DNA from: Candidatus Amesbacteria bacterium RIFCSPLOWO2_01_FULL_49_25
Lineage (GTDB): Bacteria > Patescibacteriota > Microgenomatia > CAZETR01 > Amesbacteraceae
Reading direction: 5' to 3'
NCBI GenBank assembly: GCA_001773725.1
Contig: MEXP01000020.1
Span: forward strand, 102,767 to 166,766
Length of the DNA stretch: 64,000 nucleotides
Part shown: positions 49,989 to 58,285 of the stretch, piece by piece
How positions within the stretch are numbered: position 1 is the stretch's first letter
How the letters are laid out: the number at the start of each line of letters is the position of its first letter
Program-made: the position numbers and the translations under genes
The notes under the pieces: generated by a model
Seen by the model: the letters and a program-made list of their open reading frames with translations, nothing else
The model's database searches: none
Told to the model about the DNA's origin: nothing

Positions 49989-50858
49989 ATGAACAAAATC
50001 TTGATCGTCTGCGGCCCCACAGCCACCGGCAAAACCAAATTTGGAATCGAAATGGCCAGGCAGCTAAATGGCGAAATAGTTTCTGCGGATTCCCGCCAGG
50101 TCTACACCGGCAAAAATTTGATCCACGGCAAAGATATCCCCTATAAGCTAAAAGCTACAAGCTCACAGCTTAAATGGCGCGATCGGTTTTTAAAATACTA
50201 CGACGTAGACGGCATCAAAATCTGGCTCTACGATGTCGTCGATCCCGGCGATGAATTTAATGTAGCTTTTTGGAAAGAATGTGCCGATTTAATCATCAAA
50301 GATATTACCAGTCGGAATAAATTACCCATCGTTGTGGGCGGTTCAGGCCTTTACCTCGAGTCCCTCACCCGGAAATTAGATCAAATTAGCACCCCTCCCA
50401 ATAAACTACTTCGCCAAAAACTTGTTGGTAAATCGGTTAAATACCTCTTTAATTATTTAAACAAAATAGATTCTTTTCGCGCCGCCCAACTCAATATCTC
50501 CGACCGTTCAAATCCTCGCCGCCTCATCCGCGCCATTGAAATTTCCCAATCTTCCACAACCTACAACCCACAATCTACGACCTTCAACTTTTTACAAATC
50601 GGCCTCACCGCCCCACGGGATTTTCTTTATAAACTGGTCGATCAGCGAATCCTCGATCGACTAGCTTCTGGCGCAGCCCTTGAGGATCCCGATTTAACGG
50701 CAGATATTCCCGCATGGCAAAGTCGGGAACACTCAATTATCCGTCACCAGATCACCTGGTTCAAAAGACACCTTCCCGCCCACTGGATTGATATTTCCGA
50801 CTCCCAGTGGTACTCCACTGCCCAATTGCTGATTCTGAACTGGTATAATAAAAACTGA
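49989..50858 (+). CDS. miaA: tRNA dimethylallyltransferase
   Basis: ILIVCGPTATGKTKFGIEMARQLNGEIVSADSRQVY (P-loop plus the DSRQ motif). Confidence 0.9.
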   Translation: MNKILIVCGPTATGKTKFGIEMARQLNGEIVSADSRQVYTGKNLIHGKDIPYKLKATSSQLKWRDRFLKYYDVDGIKIWLYDVVDPGDEFNVAFWKECADLIIKDITSRNKLPIVVGGSGLYLESLTRKLDQISTPPNKLLRQKLVGKSVKYLFNYLNKIDSFRAAQLNISDRSNPRRLIRAIEISQSSTTYNPQSTTFNFLQIGLTAPRDFLYKLVDQRILDRLASGAALEDPDLTADIPAWQSREHSIIRHQITWFKRHLPAHWIDISDSQWYSTAQLLILNWYNKN

Positions 50859-50860
50859 AA

Positions 50861-51856
50861 ATGCCCAAGACCATAGAAATCTCCCATCGTACAGTCATCT
50901 TTACGGTCCTTCTCCTGATCTCCCTGTGGTTTTTGTATCAAATAACGGACATCATCCTGACCATCTTTGTCTCCGTTATCATTATGTCAGCCCTCAATCC
51001 CTTCATCGATTGGCTGGAGAGGAAAAGACTCCCTCGGGGACTGGCCATAGTGCTTGTATACTTTGTTCTCTGGGGGGTCATTGGATCTTTAATTGCCCTC
51101 ATCATCCCCGCCCTTGCTGATCAATCAGGTCGACTGCTCAGACTAATCCCCGCCTCGCTTTCCCAACTGGATTTTTTCAACACTCATCAGCAGGAAATCA
51201 CCCGCGAGATTCTGTCTCAACTAGGCGGTCTTCCTGGAAACGTCATCAAGTTCGCCGTCGGTCTCTTCAGCAACTTGTTAGGAGTGGTCACTACTCTGTT
51301 TATTAGTTTTTATCTTATTCTGGAGCGCAAGAAGTTGGATAGATATCTCACGTTTCTTTTGGGTCACACCAAACCAGATCAAGCCAAGCGGGTAATAAAT
51401 GAAATAGAAAGGCGTCTCGGAGGATGGGTCAGAGGCGAGTTACTCCTCATGCTGGCAGTCGGCGTTACCACTTATATCGGTCTGGTCGTTTTAGGGGTAG
51501 ACATTCCGGTTCCCTTGGCAGTCATTGCCGGTCTTTTGGAAATCATCCCCAACATCGGACCCACTATCTCTGCCGTTCCTGCCATTATGGTTGCTTTGAC
51601 TATAAACCCCCTTACCGCCTTAGCTACCCTAGCTTTATATATATTGGTCCAGCAAGCCGAAAACAATCTTCTCGTACCCAAGATCATGGAAAAAACAACC
51701 GGTGTCAATCCGTTAGTCAGCATTCTCGCCCTTATGATCGGCTTCAAAATCGCTGGGGCAACCGGCGCGGTTCTCTCTATCCCCATAGTTCTTGTGATCC
51801 AGATAATTGCTACCGAAGTCTACTCGTCTCACCACTTCGAAAACCTAACCCAATAG
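50861..51856 (+). CDS. AI-2E family transporter (UPF0118/PerM-like)
   Basis: 8-TM protein with the conserved C-terminal LLVPKIMEKTTGVNPLVSILALMIGFKIAG...LSIPIVL block. Confidence 0.85.
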   Translation: MPKTIEISHRTVIFTVLLLISLWFLYQITDIILTIFVSVIIMSALNPFIDWLERKRLPRGLAIVLVYFVLWGVIGSLIALIIPALADQSGRLLRLIPASLSQLDFFNTHQQEITREILSQLGGLPGNVIKFAVGLFSNLLGVVTTLFISFYLILERKKLDRYLTFLLGHTKPDQAKRVINEIERRLGGWVRGELLLMLAVGVTTYIGLVVLGVDIPVPLAVIAGLLEIIPNIGPTISAVPAIMVALTINPLTALATLALYILVQQAENNLLVPKIMEKTTGVNPLVSILALMIGFKIAGATGAVLSIPIVLVIQIIATEVYSSHHFENLTQ

Positions 51857-51862
51857 AAATTA

Positions 51863-52150
51863 CCTGGAAACGAGTAAGCCAGATTCTGTTTTAGCGGCAT
51901 CTATCTTTGCTCTCAAGCTTTCAAGTATCGGGGAAAGCGTCCCACTTGGGTCGGAGATTGCAGCGGGGAGGATTGCCCGTTTCACCCGAGCTTTACCTCG
52001 GTTCGTCACTGTTGCTCTAGCCGGATCGTTAGATCCAGCCGCCTTGCAGCACTAGCGCTTGCGCGTACCGGCTTGCGCCGGTCACCCTGCCTTCTGCTGT
52101 CTGGACTTTCCTCTCCGGTGTAACACCGGAGTAGCCGCTCTGTTTCCAGG
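51863..52150 (-). ncRNA. rnpB: RNase P RNA (bacterial type, reduced, about 290 nt)
   Basis: The minus strand reads 5'-CCTGGAAACAGAGCGGCTA-CTCCGGTGTTACACCGGAG-AGGAAAGTCCAGACAGCAGAAGGCAGGGTGACCGGCGCAAGCCGG...GGTAAAGCTCGGGTGAAACGGGCAA...AAAACAGAATCTGGCTTACTCGTTTCCAGG-3'. It matches the universal P4 5'-strand GGAAAGTCC, GGCAGGGTG, GGTAAxGxGAAAxGG and the P4 3'-strand ACAGAAxCxGGCTTA. P1 is closed by CCTGGAAAC/GTTTCCAGG. Confidence 0.75.
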
Positions 52151-52188
52151 CACACTAAGTATACCACCCTAGTGGTATACTTAAAAAC

Positions 52189-52347
52189 ATGCTCTCTACC
52201 TTTCTTGCCGATCGTACAGCCTTCCAGGGCCTGGTCTCGCTTGTCTTTGGCGTTCTGGTTTTGATGTTCCCCAAAATCCTCAACTATCTCATCGCCTTTT
52301 ATTTCATCATCACCGGCGTATCTCAGATGCTTCCCTTCTTGCGCTGA
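52189..52347 (+). CDS. Small membrane protein, DUF3096-like (52 aa)
   Basis: MLSTFLADRTAFQGLVSLVFGVLVLMFPKILNYLIAFYFIITGVSQMLPFLR. The P-K-I-L-N-Y-L-I-A-F-Y-F-I motif resembles DUF3096. It is below the ORF-track size cut-off, and its stop overlaps the start of the next gene (TGATG). Confidence 0.4.
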   Translation: MLSTFLADRTAFQGLVSLVFGVLVLMFPKILNYLIAFYFIITGVSQMLPFLR

Positions 52348-52907
52348 TGCCTTATTTACTGGATAAGTCTCCCATCGAATTTCGCTCCCGCCCTTTATTA
52401 TTTATTGATCTGGAGTTTACCGGCCTGGATCCCCAAAAGCACGAAATCATTGAAATTGCCGCCTTGCTCGTCACTCAACCGGACTTCAACATCGCCAATT
52501 CTTTTTATACCAAGATTATTCCTCAACATCTGGAGTCGGCCGACCCTCGGGCCATGAAAAAAAATTTCTATGACCCCAAATCCTGGTCCGACGCCATTTC
52601 CCTGCGCCAGGCTATGCAGGAACTATCTCAATTTGCCCCCGACTGTCTTCTCGCCGGATGGGCCGTTCAAAACGAATGGGATTTTTTAAATGTCGCTCTT
52701 GAAAAGGAAAACCTGCCTTACTTTTATCACCACCATTTAATTGAAGTCAGCACTCTGGCTTTCGTCAAATTATATCCGGACTCCCAAGTTAAATACCTAA
52801 ATCTCAACCGGGTGTGTAAAAAATTAAATATCCCCCTCGATCATCACAAACCCGACTCCGACATCCGCGCCACATATGATATTTTCAAACACCTTTCCGG
52901 GCTCTAA
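52347..52907 (+). CDS. 3'-5' exonuclease, DEDD (DnaQ-like) family
   Basis: LLFIDLEFTGLDPQKHEIIEIAALLV (Exo I motif, D-x-E), with later H/D motifs; 186 aa. Confidence 0.7.
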   Translation: MPYLLDKSPIEFRSRPLLFIDLEFTGLDPQKHEIIEIAALLVTQPDFNIANSFYTKIIPQHLESADPRAMKKNFYDPKSWSDAISLRQAMQELSQFAPDCLLAGWAVQNEWDFLNVALEKENLPYFYHHHLIEVSTLAFVKLYPDSQVKYLNLNRVCKKLNIPLDHHKPDSDIRATYDIFKHLSGL

Positions 52908-52910
52908 CCA

Positions 52911-52936
52911 AAAGCCCCGAGTGATTACGGGGCTTT
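52911..52936. terminator. Bidirectional hairpin between convergent genes (AAAGCCCCG-AGTGATTA-CGGGGCTTT)
   Basis: Perfect 9-bp stem with A/T-rich flanks on both strands. Confidence 0.5.
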
Positions 52937-52956
52937 AAGAAACAAAACCGGTCAGT

Positions 52957-53100
52957 TTACCCGCCGATTTTGTACATCCCCGTTCCGCACACCGGGCATT
53001 TTCCCTTCATAGCTTTCTTCCCGTTCTTCATTGTTACTGACTGGGCATTGGGATCTTCTCTTTTGGTGCGGCACTTTACGCAATAAAAAGTTGCCATCAT
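52957..53100 (-). CDS. Small zinc-ribbon protein (47 aa)
   Basis: MMATFYCVKCRTKREDPNAQSVTMKNGKKAMKGKCPVCGTGMYKIGG, preceded by GGAGAGGGGGTGAGG (SD). CxxC...CxxC. Confidence 0.5.
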   Translation of the reverse strand: MMATFYCVKCRTKREDPNAQSVTMKNGKKAMKGKCPVCGTGMYKIGG

Positions 53101-53103
53101 CCC

Positions 53104-53271
53104 TCACCCCCTCTCCAAACCAAAACTATTTAACAATTTCAATACATTGTCCCAGCCGCCGGATGTTAAGTAGTAATACATAAGTCCTTGCAAAAGCAAA
53201 GCCAGGATAGCCACGATTACTGTTTTTGTCAAGTCAATCCGTAGTTCCTGCCCCGTTCCTGTCTTGGTCAT
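53104..53271 (-). CDS. Small single-TM protein (55 aa), possibly co-transcribed with the zinc-ribbon ORF
   Basis: MTKTGTGQELRIDLTKTVIVAILALLLQGLMYYYLTSGGWDNVLKLLNSFGLERG; its stop overlaps the downstream SD. Confidence 0.3.
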   Translation of the reverse strand: MTKTGTGQELRIDLTKTVIVAILALLLQGLMYYYLTSGGWDNVLKLLNSFGLERG

Positions 53272-53326
53272 GACCAGACAATATCACACATTTGCCAATT
53301 CTTCCAAATATGATTAATATAGACTG

Positions 53327-54499
53327 ATGTCAAAAAGGCCCCTTCTCTATCTTCTCATCGGTCTCTCCCTCTTTTTTATATCAACAGGTCTAACTTATTA
53401 TATCCTTTCTTATAGCCCAAACTTACGTCCTTCATCCTCATCAACTTCAGCAACTCCTTCCCCGGTTGTAAAAAAACCGCGCATTGACCCATCTCTGCCT
53501 AGAACAGAGAGCTGTCCGTTAAATGGGGTGATGTATACCAAGACGGAAAAAGATATCTGGTCCACCCGTCGCCCCTTGGCGGTCATGATCGAAAACCATC
53601 TCGATTCCCGTCCCACCTCCGGCCTCTCCACCGCAGACGTCGTATACGAAGCGGTCGCCGAAGGGGGCATCACCCGCTACATGGGCATATTTTATTGCGG
53701 CATCACTCCCGATAGCACCATGTTTTCCCCTGTGCGATCGGCCCGTATTTACTTTGTCAAAATCGTCCCTGAATACGATGCCCTCTACAATCACGTTGGC
53801 GGTGCTGGGAATTGCGATGATCCCACGGTAGACGAACAGGCCAAGGCTCTGTGTTTTATCCGCAAGAACAAAATCCGGGACTTAGACCAGTTTGGTAGGG
53901 CGGGGGATTTTCGTACCTGCCATCGCGTTACCAACCGCCTGGATCATGAAGTAGCTTACGAGCACACCATGGCCTGTTACTCCGACGAACTCTACAAAGC
54001 CGCCGTCAAATACAAATGGACAAACGTCGACGAGAAGGGGATCCCCTGGGACAAAAATTTTGTCTCCTGGAAATTCAAGGAAGACAACTTGCAAAAAGGC
54101 ACCACTACCGAAATCAGCTTCGACTTCTGGGCATCAAAGAAAGAATATTCAGTTACTTGGAAATTTGACTCGGCACAAAATCAGTATTTACGTTTTATAG
54201 CAGGCCAAAAAGACATAGATCTGAACGAAAATATTCAGTTAACGGCCAAAAACGTGGTTATCCAGTTCGTCAAAGAAATCGGCCCTCTGGACGAACACCT
54301 GCACATGAACTATGAAGTCACAGGCACCGGCCGCGCGCTCATTTTTCAAGACGGCAAAGTTATCTCCGGTAAGTGGTCTAAAGCTACGCCTTTCGCTCGT
54401 ACCAAATTCTCCGACGAATCCGGAAAAGATGTTGAGCTTAACCGCGGTGTCACTTGGATAGAACTCGTTCCCTCTGGTAATCAAATTCAGTACAATTAG
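53327..54499 (+). CDS. DUF3048 (YerB-like) putative lipoprotein
   Basis: N-terminal TM/signal, then RPLAVMIENHLDSRPTSGLSTADVVYEAVAEGGITRYMGIFY, which resembles the conserved DUF3048 core. Confidence 0.55.
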   Translation: MSKRPLLYLLIGLSLFFISTGLTYYILSYSPNLRPSSSSTSATPSPVVKKPRIDPSLPRTESCPLNGVMYTKTEKDIWSTRRPLAVMIENHLDSRPTSGLSTADVVYEAVAEGGITRYMGIFYCGITPDSTMFSPVRSARIYFVKIVPEYDALYNHVGGAGNCDDPTVDEQAKALCFIRKNKIRDLDQFGRAGDFRTCHRVTNRLDHEVAYEHTMACYSDELYKAAVKYKWTNVDEKGIPWDKNFVSWKFKEDNLQKGTTTEISFDFWASKKEYSVTWKFDSAQNQYLRFIAGQKDIDLNENIQLTAKNVVIQFVKEIGPLDEHLHMNYEVTGTGRALIFQDGKVISGKWSKATPFARTKFSDESGKDVELNRGVTWIELVPSGNQIQYN

Positions 54500-54586
54500 T
54501 ACTCGAAGACATATCGTCCTCAATTCTTCTCATCCTGAGCCTGTCGAAGGACTTGCATTTTGCCATACTTCTGATATCTTCAAGTT

Positions 54587-55165
54587 ATGTTGAAAGACCT
54601 TTTTATCTCCAAAACCCGTGTCAAGCTCCTGGAAACATTTTTGTCCGATCCTTCCCAGATGTACCACGTTCGTGACTTAGTCCGCAGAACCGGAGATGAA
54701 ATAAACGCCGTCCGCCGAGAACTGGCCCGCATGGAAACCGTCGGCATGGTCAAAAAAGAGCCCCGGGCCAACCGTCTCTACTATTGGTTCCGCCACGACT
54801 ATATTTATTATCGGGATCTTTTGAGTTTAGTGGCCAAAACCACAGGCATTGGCGCCGCCATTATCAAAAATCGGCACAAGTTGGGTAGTGTCAGCTTATG
54901 CGTCTTAAGTAGCCGCTTTGTTCGTCATATACCAAGAAAAGACCCGGACGAGGTGGACTTTCTCATCGTTGGCGATATCGTCATGTCTGAGCTCTCAAGC
55001 TTGATAAAGGTCGAAGAAACTCGGCGCGGTCAAGCCATCAATTACACTCCCATGACCGACGAAGAACTCAAATTCCGCCGTTCCCGCCGTGACCCCTTTT
55101 TGCAGGATGTTCTCAGCCACGGTCGATTTATGATCGCAGGCGACGAGGAAGATCTGGTGAGTTAA
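54587..55165 (+). CDS. Winged-HTH protein with a possible minimal nucleotidyltransferase-like C-terminal region
   Basis: wHTH: YHVRDLVRRTGDEINAVRRELARMETVGMVKK. Further on, GSVSL...RKDPDEVDFLIVGD resembles the GS...DxD NTase motif, but this reading is weak. Confidence 0.4.
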   Translation: MLKDLFISKTRVKLLETFLSDPSQMYHVRDLVRRTGDEINAVRRELARMETVGMVKKEPRANRLYYWFRHDYIYYRDLLSLVAKTTGIGAAIIKNRHKLGSVSLCVLSSRFVRHIPRKDPDEVDFLIVGDIVMSELSSLIKVEETRRGQAINYTPMTDEELKFRRSRRDPFLQDVLSHGRFMIAGDEEDLVS

Positions 55166-55174
55166 AATTGTTAC

Positions 55175-55354
55175 ATGTACCACAAAATAATTCTAACCGG
55201 CAATAGCCTTGCCGTTACCATTCCCTCCAAAGTAGTTAGATCTTTAGGATTACGCCGCGGCCAGCAAGTCTCCGTGTCCATCAACTTACAAAAAGCCACC
55301 CTCATCTACACTTTCACCGGCGTTGGACAAATGTCCCTTCTTCCTAAAAAATAG
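55175..55354 (+). CDS. AbrB/MazE/SpoVT-type DNA-binding domain protein (59 aa)
   Basis: KIILTGNSLAVTIPSKVVRSLGLRRGQQVSVSI is a swapped-hairpin beta-barrel motif. Below the ORF-track cut-off. Confidence 0.5.
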   Translation: MYHKIILTGNSLAVTIPSKVVRSLGLRRGQQVSVSINLQKATLIYTFTGVGQMSLLPKK

Positions 55355-55358
55355 ATCC

Positions 55359-56645
55359 ATGCGTCAAACAATCTTTTTTGCCACCCTGATTTTTATCTGT
55401 GTTCTGGTCCTCATGCCTTCCCAGATAAAAATCGGCTCAACAATTCTTTATCGCCCGGCTGCGAACTTTTCCGTGCTCAATCTTTCAATTCAAAGGGATT
55501 TGGAATTTCATCTTGGATTGGATTTGCAGGGCGGTACTCATCTGGTTTACGAAGCCGACACCTCCAAAGTGGATTCGGCCGATAGAGATAGCGCCATCAA
55601 GGCTACCGCAGACAATCTCGAGCGTCGCATCAATTTATTGGGAGTATCGGAATCTCTGGTTCAAACGTCCCAGGTCGGGGCAGTTTCTCGCCTGATAGTC
55701 GAGCTTCCCGGAGTCAAAGATATCAATCAGGCCATAAATACTCTCGGCGCCACGGCTCAGTTGGAATTTCGCGAAACCAAGTCGGCCACTCCTTCTGCCG
55801 AATCGGATTTTATCCCCACCAATCTCACCGGGGCCGACCTCAAAATCGCCCAAGTCCAGTTTGGCGGCTCTTCTTCCCAAATCTCCGGTCAACCGGCAGT
55901 AGCTATTCAATTTACACCCGACGGGGCCAAAAAGTTTTCCGAAATTACCTCTAGAAATATTGGCCGGCCCCTAGCCATCTTCTTGGATAATAATCTGGTT
56001 TCCGCCCCCATTGTCCAGCAGGAAATCTCAGCCGGCCAAGCAATCATTTCTGGCAGCTTTACCGTCGATTCAGCCAAAAATCTGGCTATCCAGCTCAACG
56101 CCGGCGCCCTGCCGCTTCCCATAAAAATAGTCGAGCAAAAAAATATCGGGGCCACTCTCGGTCAAGAATCAATTCTCAAGAGTCTAATCGCCGGCATCAT
56201 TGGCCTGATTTTGATTTGGTTGTTCATGATCGCCAATTATGGTTTCAAGGGGCTACTGGCCAACTTTGCCCTGCTTATTTATATTCTCATATCCTTGTCT
56301 CTATTCAAACTCGTCCCCGTCACTCTCACTCTGGCTGGAATCGCCGGATTTATCCTTTCAATTGGTATGGCAGTAGATGCCAACATTCTCATTTTCGAGC
56401 GCATGAAAGAGGAACTGCGTTGGGGGCGACCGGTTCATGCAGCCATGGAGCTTGGCTTTCATCGGGCATGGAATTCCATCCGAGACAGCAATGTCAGTTC
56501 TCTCCTCACTGCCTCAATATTGTTCTGGTTCGGTTCAGGGCCAATTCGCGGCTTCGCCGTTACCCTAATACTGGGCATCCTGGTTTCCCTCTTCACGTCG
56601 ATTACTGTTACCAGAAGGCTGCTGCGACTATTTTTCTCACACTAA
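55359..56645 (+). CDS. secD: Protein translocase subunit SecD
   Basis: Start MRQTIFFATLIF; periplasmic domain then 6 TM (GLDLQGGTHLVYEAD ... AGIAGFILSIGMAVDANILIFER). Confidence 0.9.
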   Translation: MRQTIFFATLIFICVLVLMPSQIKIGSTILYRPAANFSVLNLSIQRDLEFHLGLDLQGGTHLVYEADTSKVDSADRDSAIKATADNLERRINLLGVSESLVQTSQVGAVSRLIVELPGVKDINQAINTLGATAQLEFRETKSATPSAESDFIPTNLTGADLKIAQVQFGGSSSQISGQPAVAIQFTPDGAKKFSEITSRNIGRPLAIFLDNNLVSAPIVQQEISAGQAIISGSFTVDSAKNLAIQLNAGALPLPIKIVEQKNIGATLGQESILKSLIAGIIGLILIWLFMIANYGFKGLLANFALLIYILISLSLFKLVPVTLTLAGIAGFILSIGMAVDANILIFERMKEELRWGRPVHAAMELGFHRAWNSIRDSNVSSLLTASILFWFGSGPIRGFAVTLILGILVSLFTSITVTRRLLRLFFSH

Positions 56646-56651
56646 GTAACC

Positions 56652-57548
56652 ATGAACGATCAACCAAGTAACCACTTCAGCTTCATGAAATATAAATGGC
56701 TTTATTTCGTTATTTCCCTCTTAGTGCTTCTCCCCGGGATCTACTCGCTCATTCGTTACGGCTTGCGCTTATCTATCGACTTTACCGGCGGCAGCCTTCT
56801 GGAAATTCAGGCTAGTTCCTCAGCCAGTTTTGCCAGTACAGCCAAAGATCAAAATTTAGAACTGTATTCGGTCCAGTCCACAGGGGACCAGACTTATCTT
56901 TTGCGGCTTCCCCCATTGACTCAGGACCAAAACGATAACTTCAAAAAAGCTCTAGGAGACGCTGCCGAAAAACGTTTCGAAACTGTCGGTCCCACTATTG
57001 GCAAAGAACTTACCCGAAAAGCCTTTCTTTCCATAATTCTCGCTTCATTATTTATTATTATTTATATTGCCTGGTCATTCAAAAAAATCCCCCCGCCCTA
57101 TTCTCCCTGGAAGTTTGGCATCTCGGCAGTACTCGCCCTCATCCACGACGCCTTCGTGGTCTTGGGAATTTTTTCTCTCTTTGGTCATTTTTATCATGTA
57201 GAAATCGATTCCCTTTTTGTCACCGCCATTTTAACAGTAATCGGCTTTTCCGTCCACGACACTATTGTGGTATTTGATCGCATTCGCGAAAACCTGCCCA
57301 AAATGCCCAAATCTTCCTTCGAAGAAATTGTCGACTTTTCTCTTACCGAAACTCTCGTCCGGTCTTTAAATACTTCTCTTACTGTTACCCTCACCCTTAC
57401 ATCGCTCCTGTTGTTTGGGGGTGAACCGATTCGCTGGTTTGTGGTCGCCCTCCTCATCGGCGTCGTCTCTGGCACCTACTCGTCTATCTTCAACGCAGCG
57501 CCATTACTAGTCGTTTGGGAAAAAAACCGTGAACCCAAAAGAAAATAA
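56652..57548 (+). CDS. secF: Protein translocase subunit SecF
   Basis: DFTGGSLLEIQ ... HDAFVVLGIFSLFG ... SVHDTIVVFDRIREN. Confidence 0.9.
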   Translation: MNDQPSNHFSFMKYKWLYFVISLLVLLPGIYSLIRYGLRLSIDFTGGSLLEIQASSSASFASTAKDQNLELYSVQSTGDQTYLLRLPPLTQDQNDNFKKALGDAAEKRFETVGPTIGKELTRKAFLSIILASLFIIIYIAWSFKKIPPPYSPWKFGISAVLALIHDAFVVLGIFSLFGHFYHVEIDSLFVTAILTVIGFSVHDTIVVFDRIRENLPKMPKSSFEEIVDFSLTETLVRSLNTSLTVTLTLTSLLLFGGEPIRWFVVALLIGVVSGTYSSIFNAAPLLVVWEKNREPKRK

Positions 57549-57730
57549 ATTCTATTGGCAGATAAACGTTTTCAGAAATTCGCGCCCGGTTGAGACAGAA
57601 ACTTACTCTCTCCATCTCATAACTGATCTTCACACTGGCCGCAGGTCAATTCTCGCCATCCCTTTGTCATACACAGCCGCCCGTAACCGGCAAAGCTATT
57701 TAAACTCTTTACCCCAAACTCAGGCCGTTA

Positions 57731-58285
57731 TTACGGCATTGTATACACATACACCCTCTTTCCCATAACCTCCTTTCTCAAGATCAACTTATCTTTCCAT
57801 CTCTTAATCTCAAACGCTCGGGAAATTACTGTCATCCCCCTTTTCCCTTCCCGTTCGAGTTTCAACCCCAGCCTTTCCATGCTCCTCGGCACCAAATAAC
57901 AAAAAACACAATCCGCCAGGCTGATATCGGCCTTCCAAAAATCTTCTCGTTTAAATTCGGCTTTCTTAAGCTTGTTCTCGCGGGCTTTCCATCTCGACCA
58001 CCACACCAGCCAAGGGTGGATTTCATATCCTACCGATCGGCAGCCGAATTTTTTTGCCGCCCACAATACAATCCTTCCATCACCACTGCCCAAATCGACA
58101 AACGTATCTTGGGGCTTCAAAATTATTCCGGCAAACATACTTTCGAGTAATCTTTTATCCGTCGCTACAAATGGCGCCCCCCGCATCTCTCCTACTATCA
58201 AAAATATCACTCCCGTTCCCACCCCCGCGGCCACCCCCAAAAATATAAGCAGCACTCCCAGCTCAATCACCGTCAATTTCCTCAA
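57731..58285 (-). CDS. Class I SAM-dependent methyltransferase (small)
   Basis: FVDLGSGDGRIVLWAAKKFGCRSVGYEI (motif I) ... DCVFCYL. Confidence 0.7.
   Translation of the reverse strand: MRKLTVIELGVLLIFLGVAAGVGTGVIFLIVGEMRGAPFVATDKRLLESMFAGIILKPQDTFVDLGSGDGRIVLWAAKKFGCRSVGYEIHPWLVWWSRWKARENKLKKAEFKREDFWKADISLADCVFCYLVPRSMERLGLKLEREGKRGMTVISRAFEIKRWKDKLILRKEVMGKRVYVYTMP

Noticed and set aside
57549-57730. 182-nt convergent intergenic gap (secF / methyltransferase) screened for a tRNA or small RNA
   Set aside because: No T-arm (GTTCRANYC-like) or acceptor pairing could be built. Only weak imperfect inverted repeats (CCGTAACCGGC / GCCGTTATTACGGC) are present.
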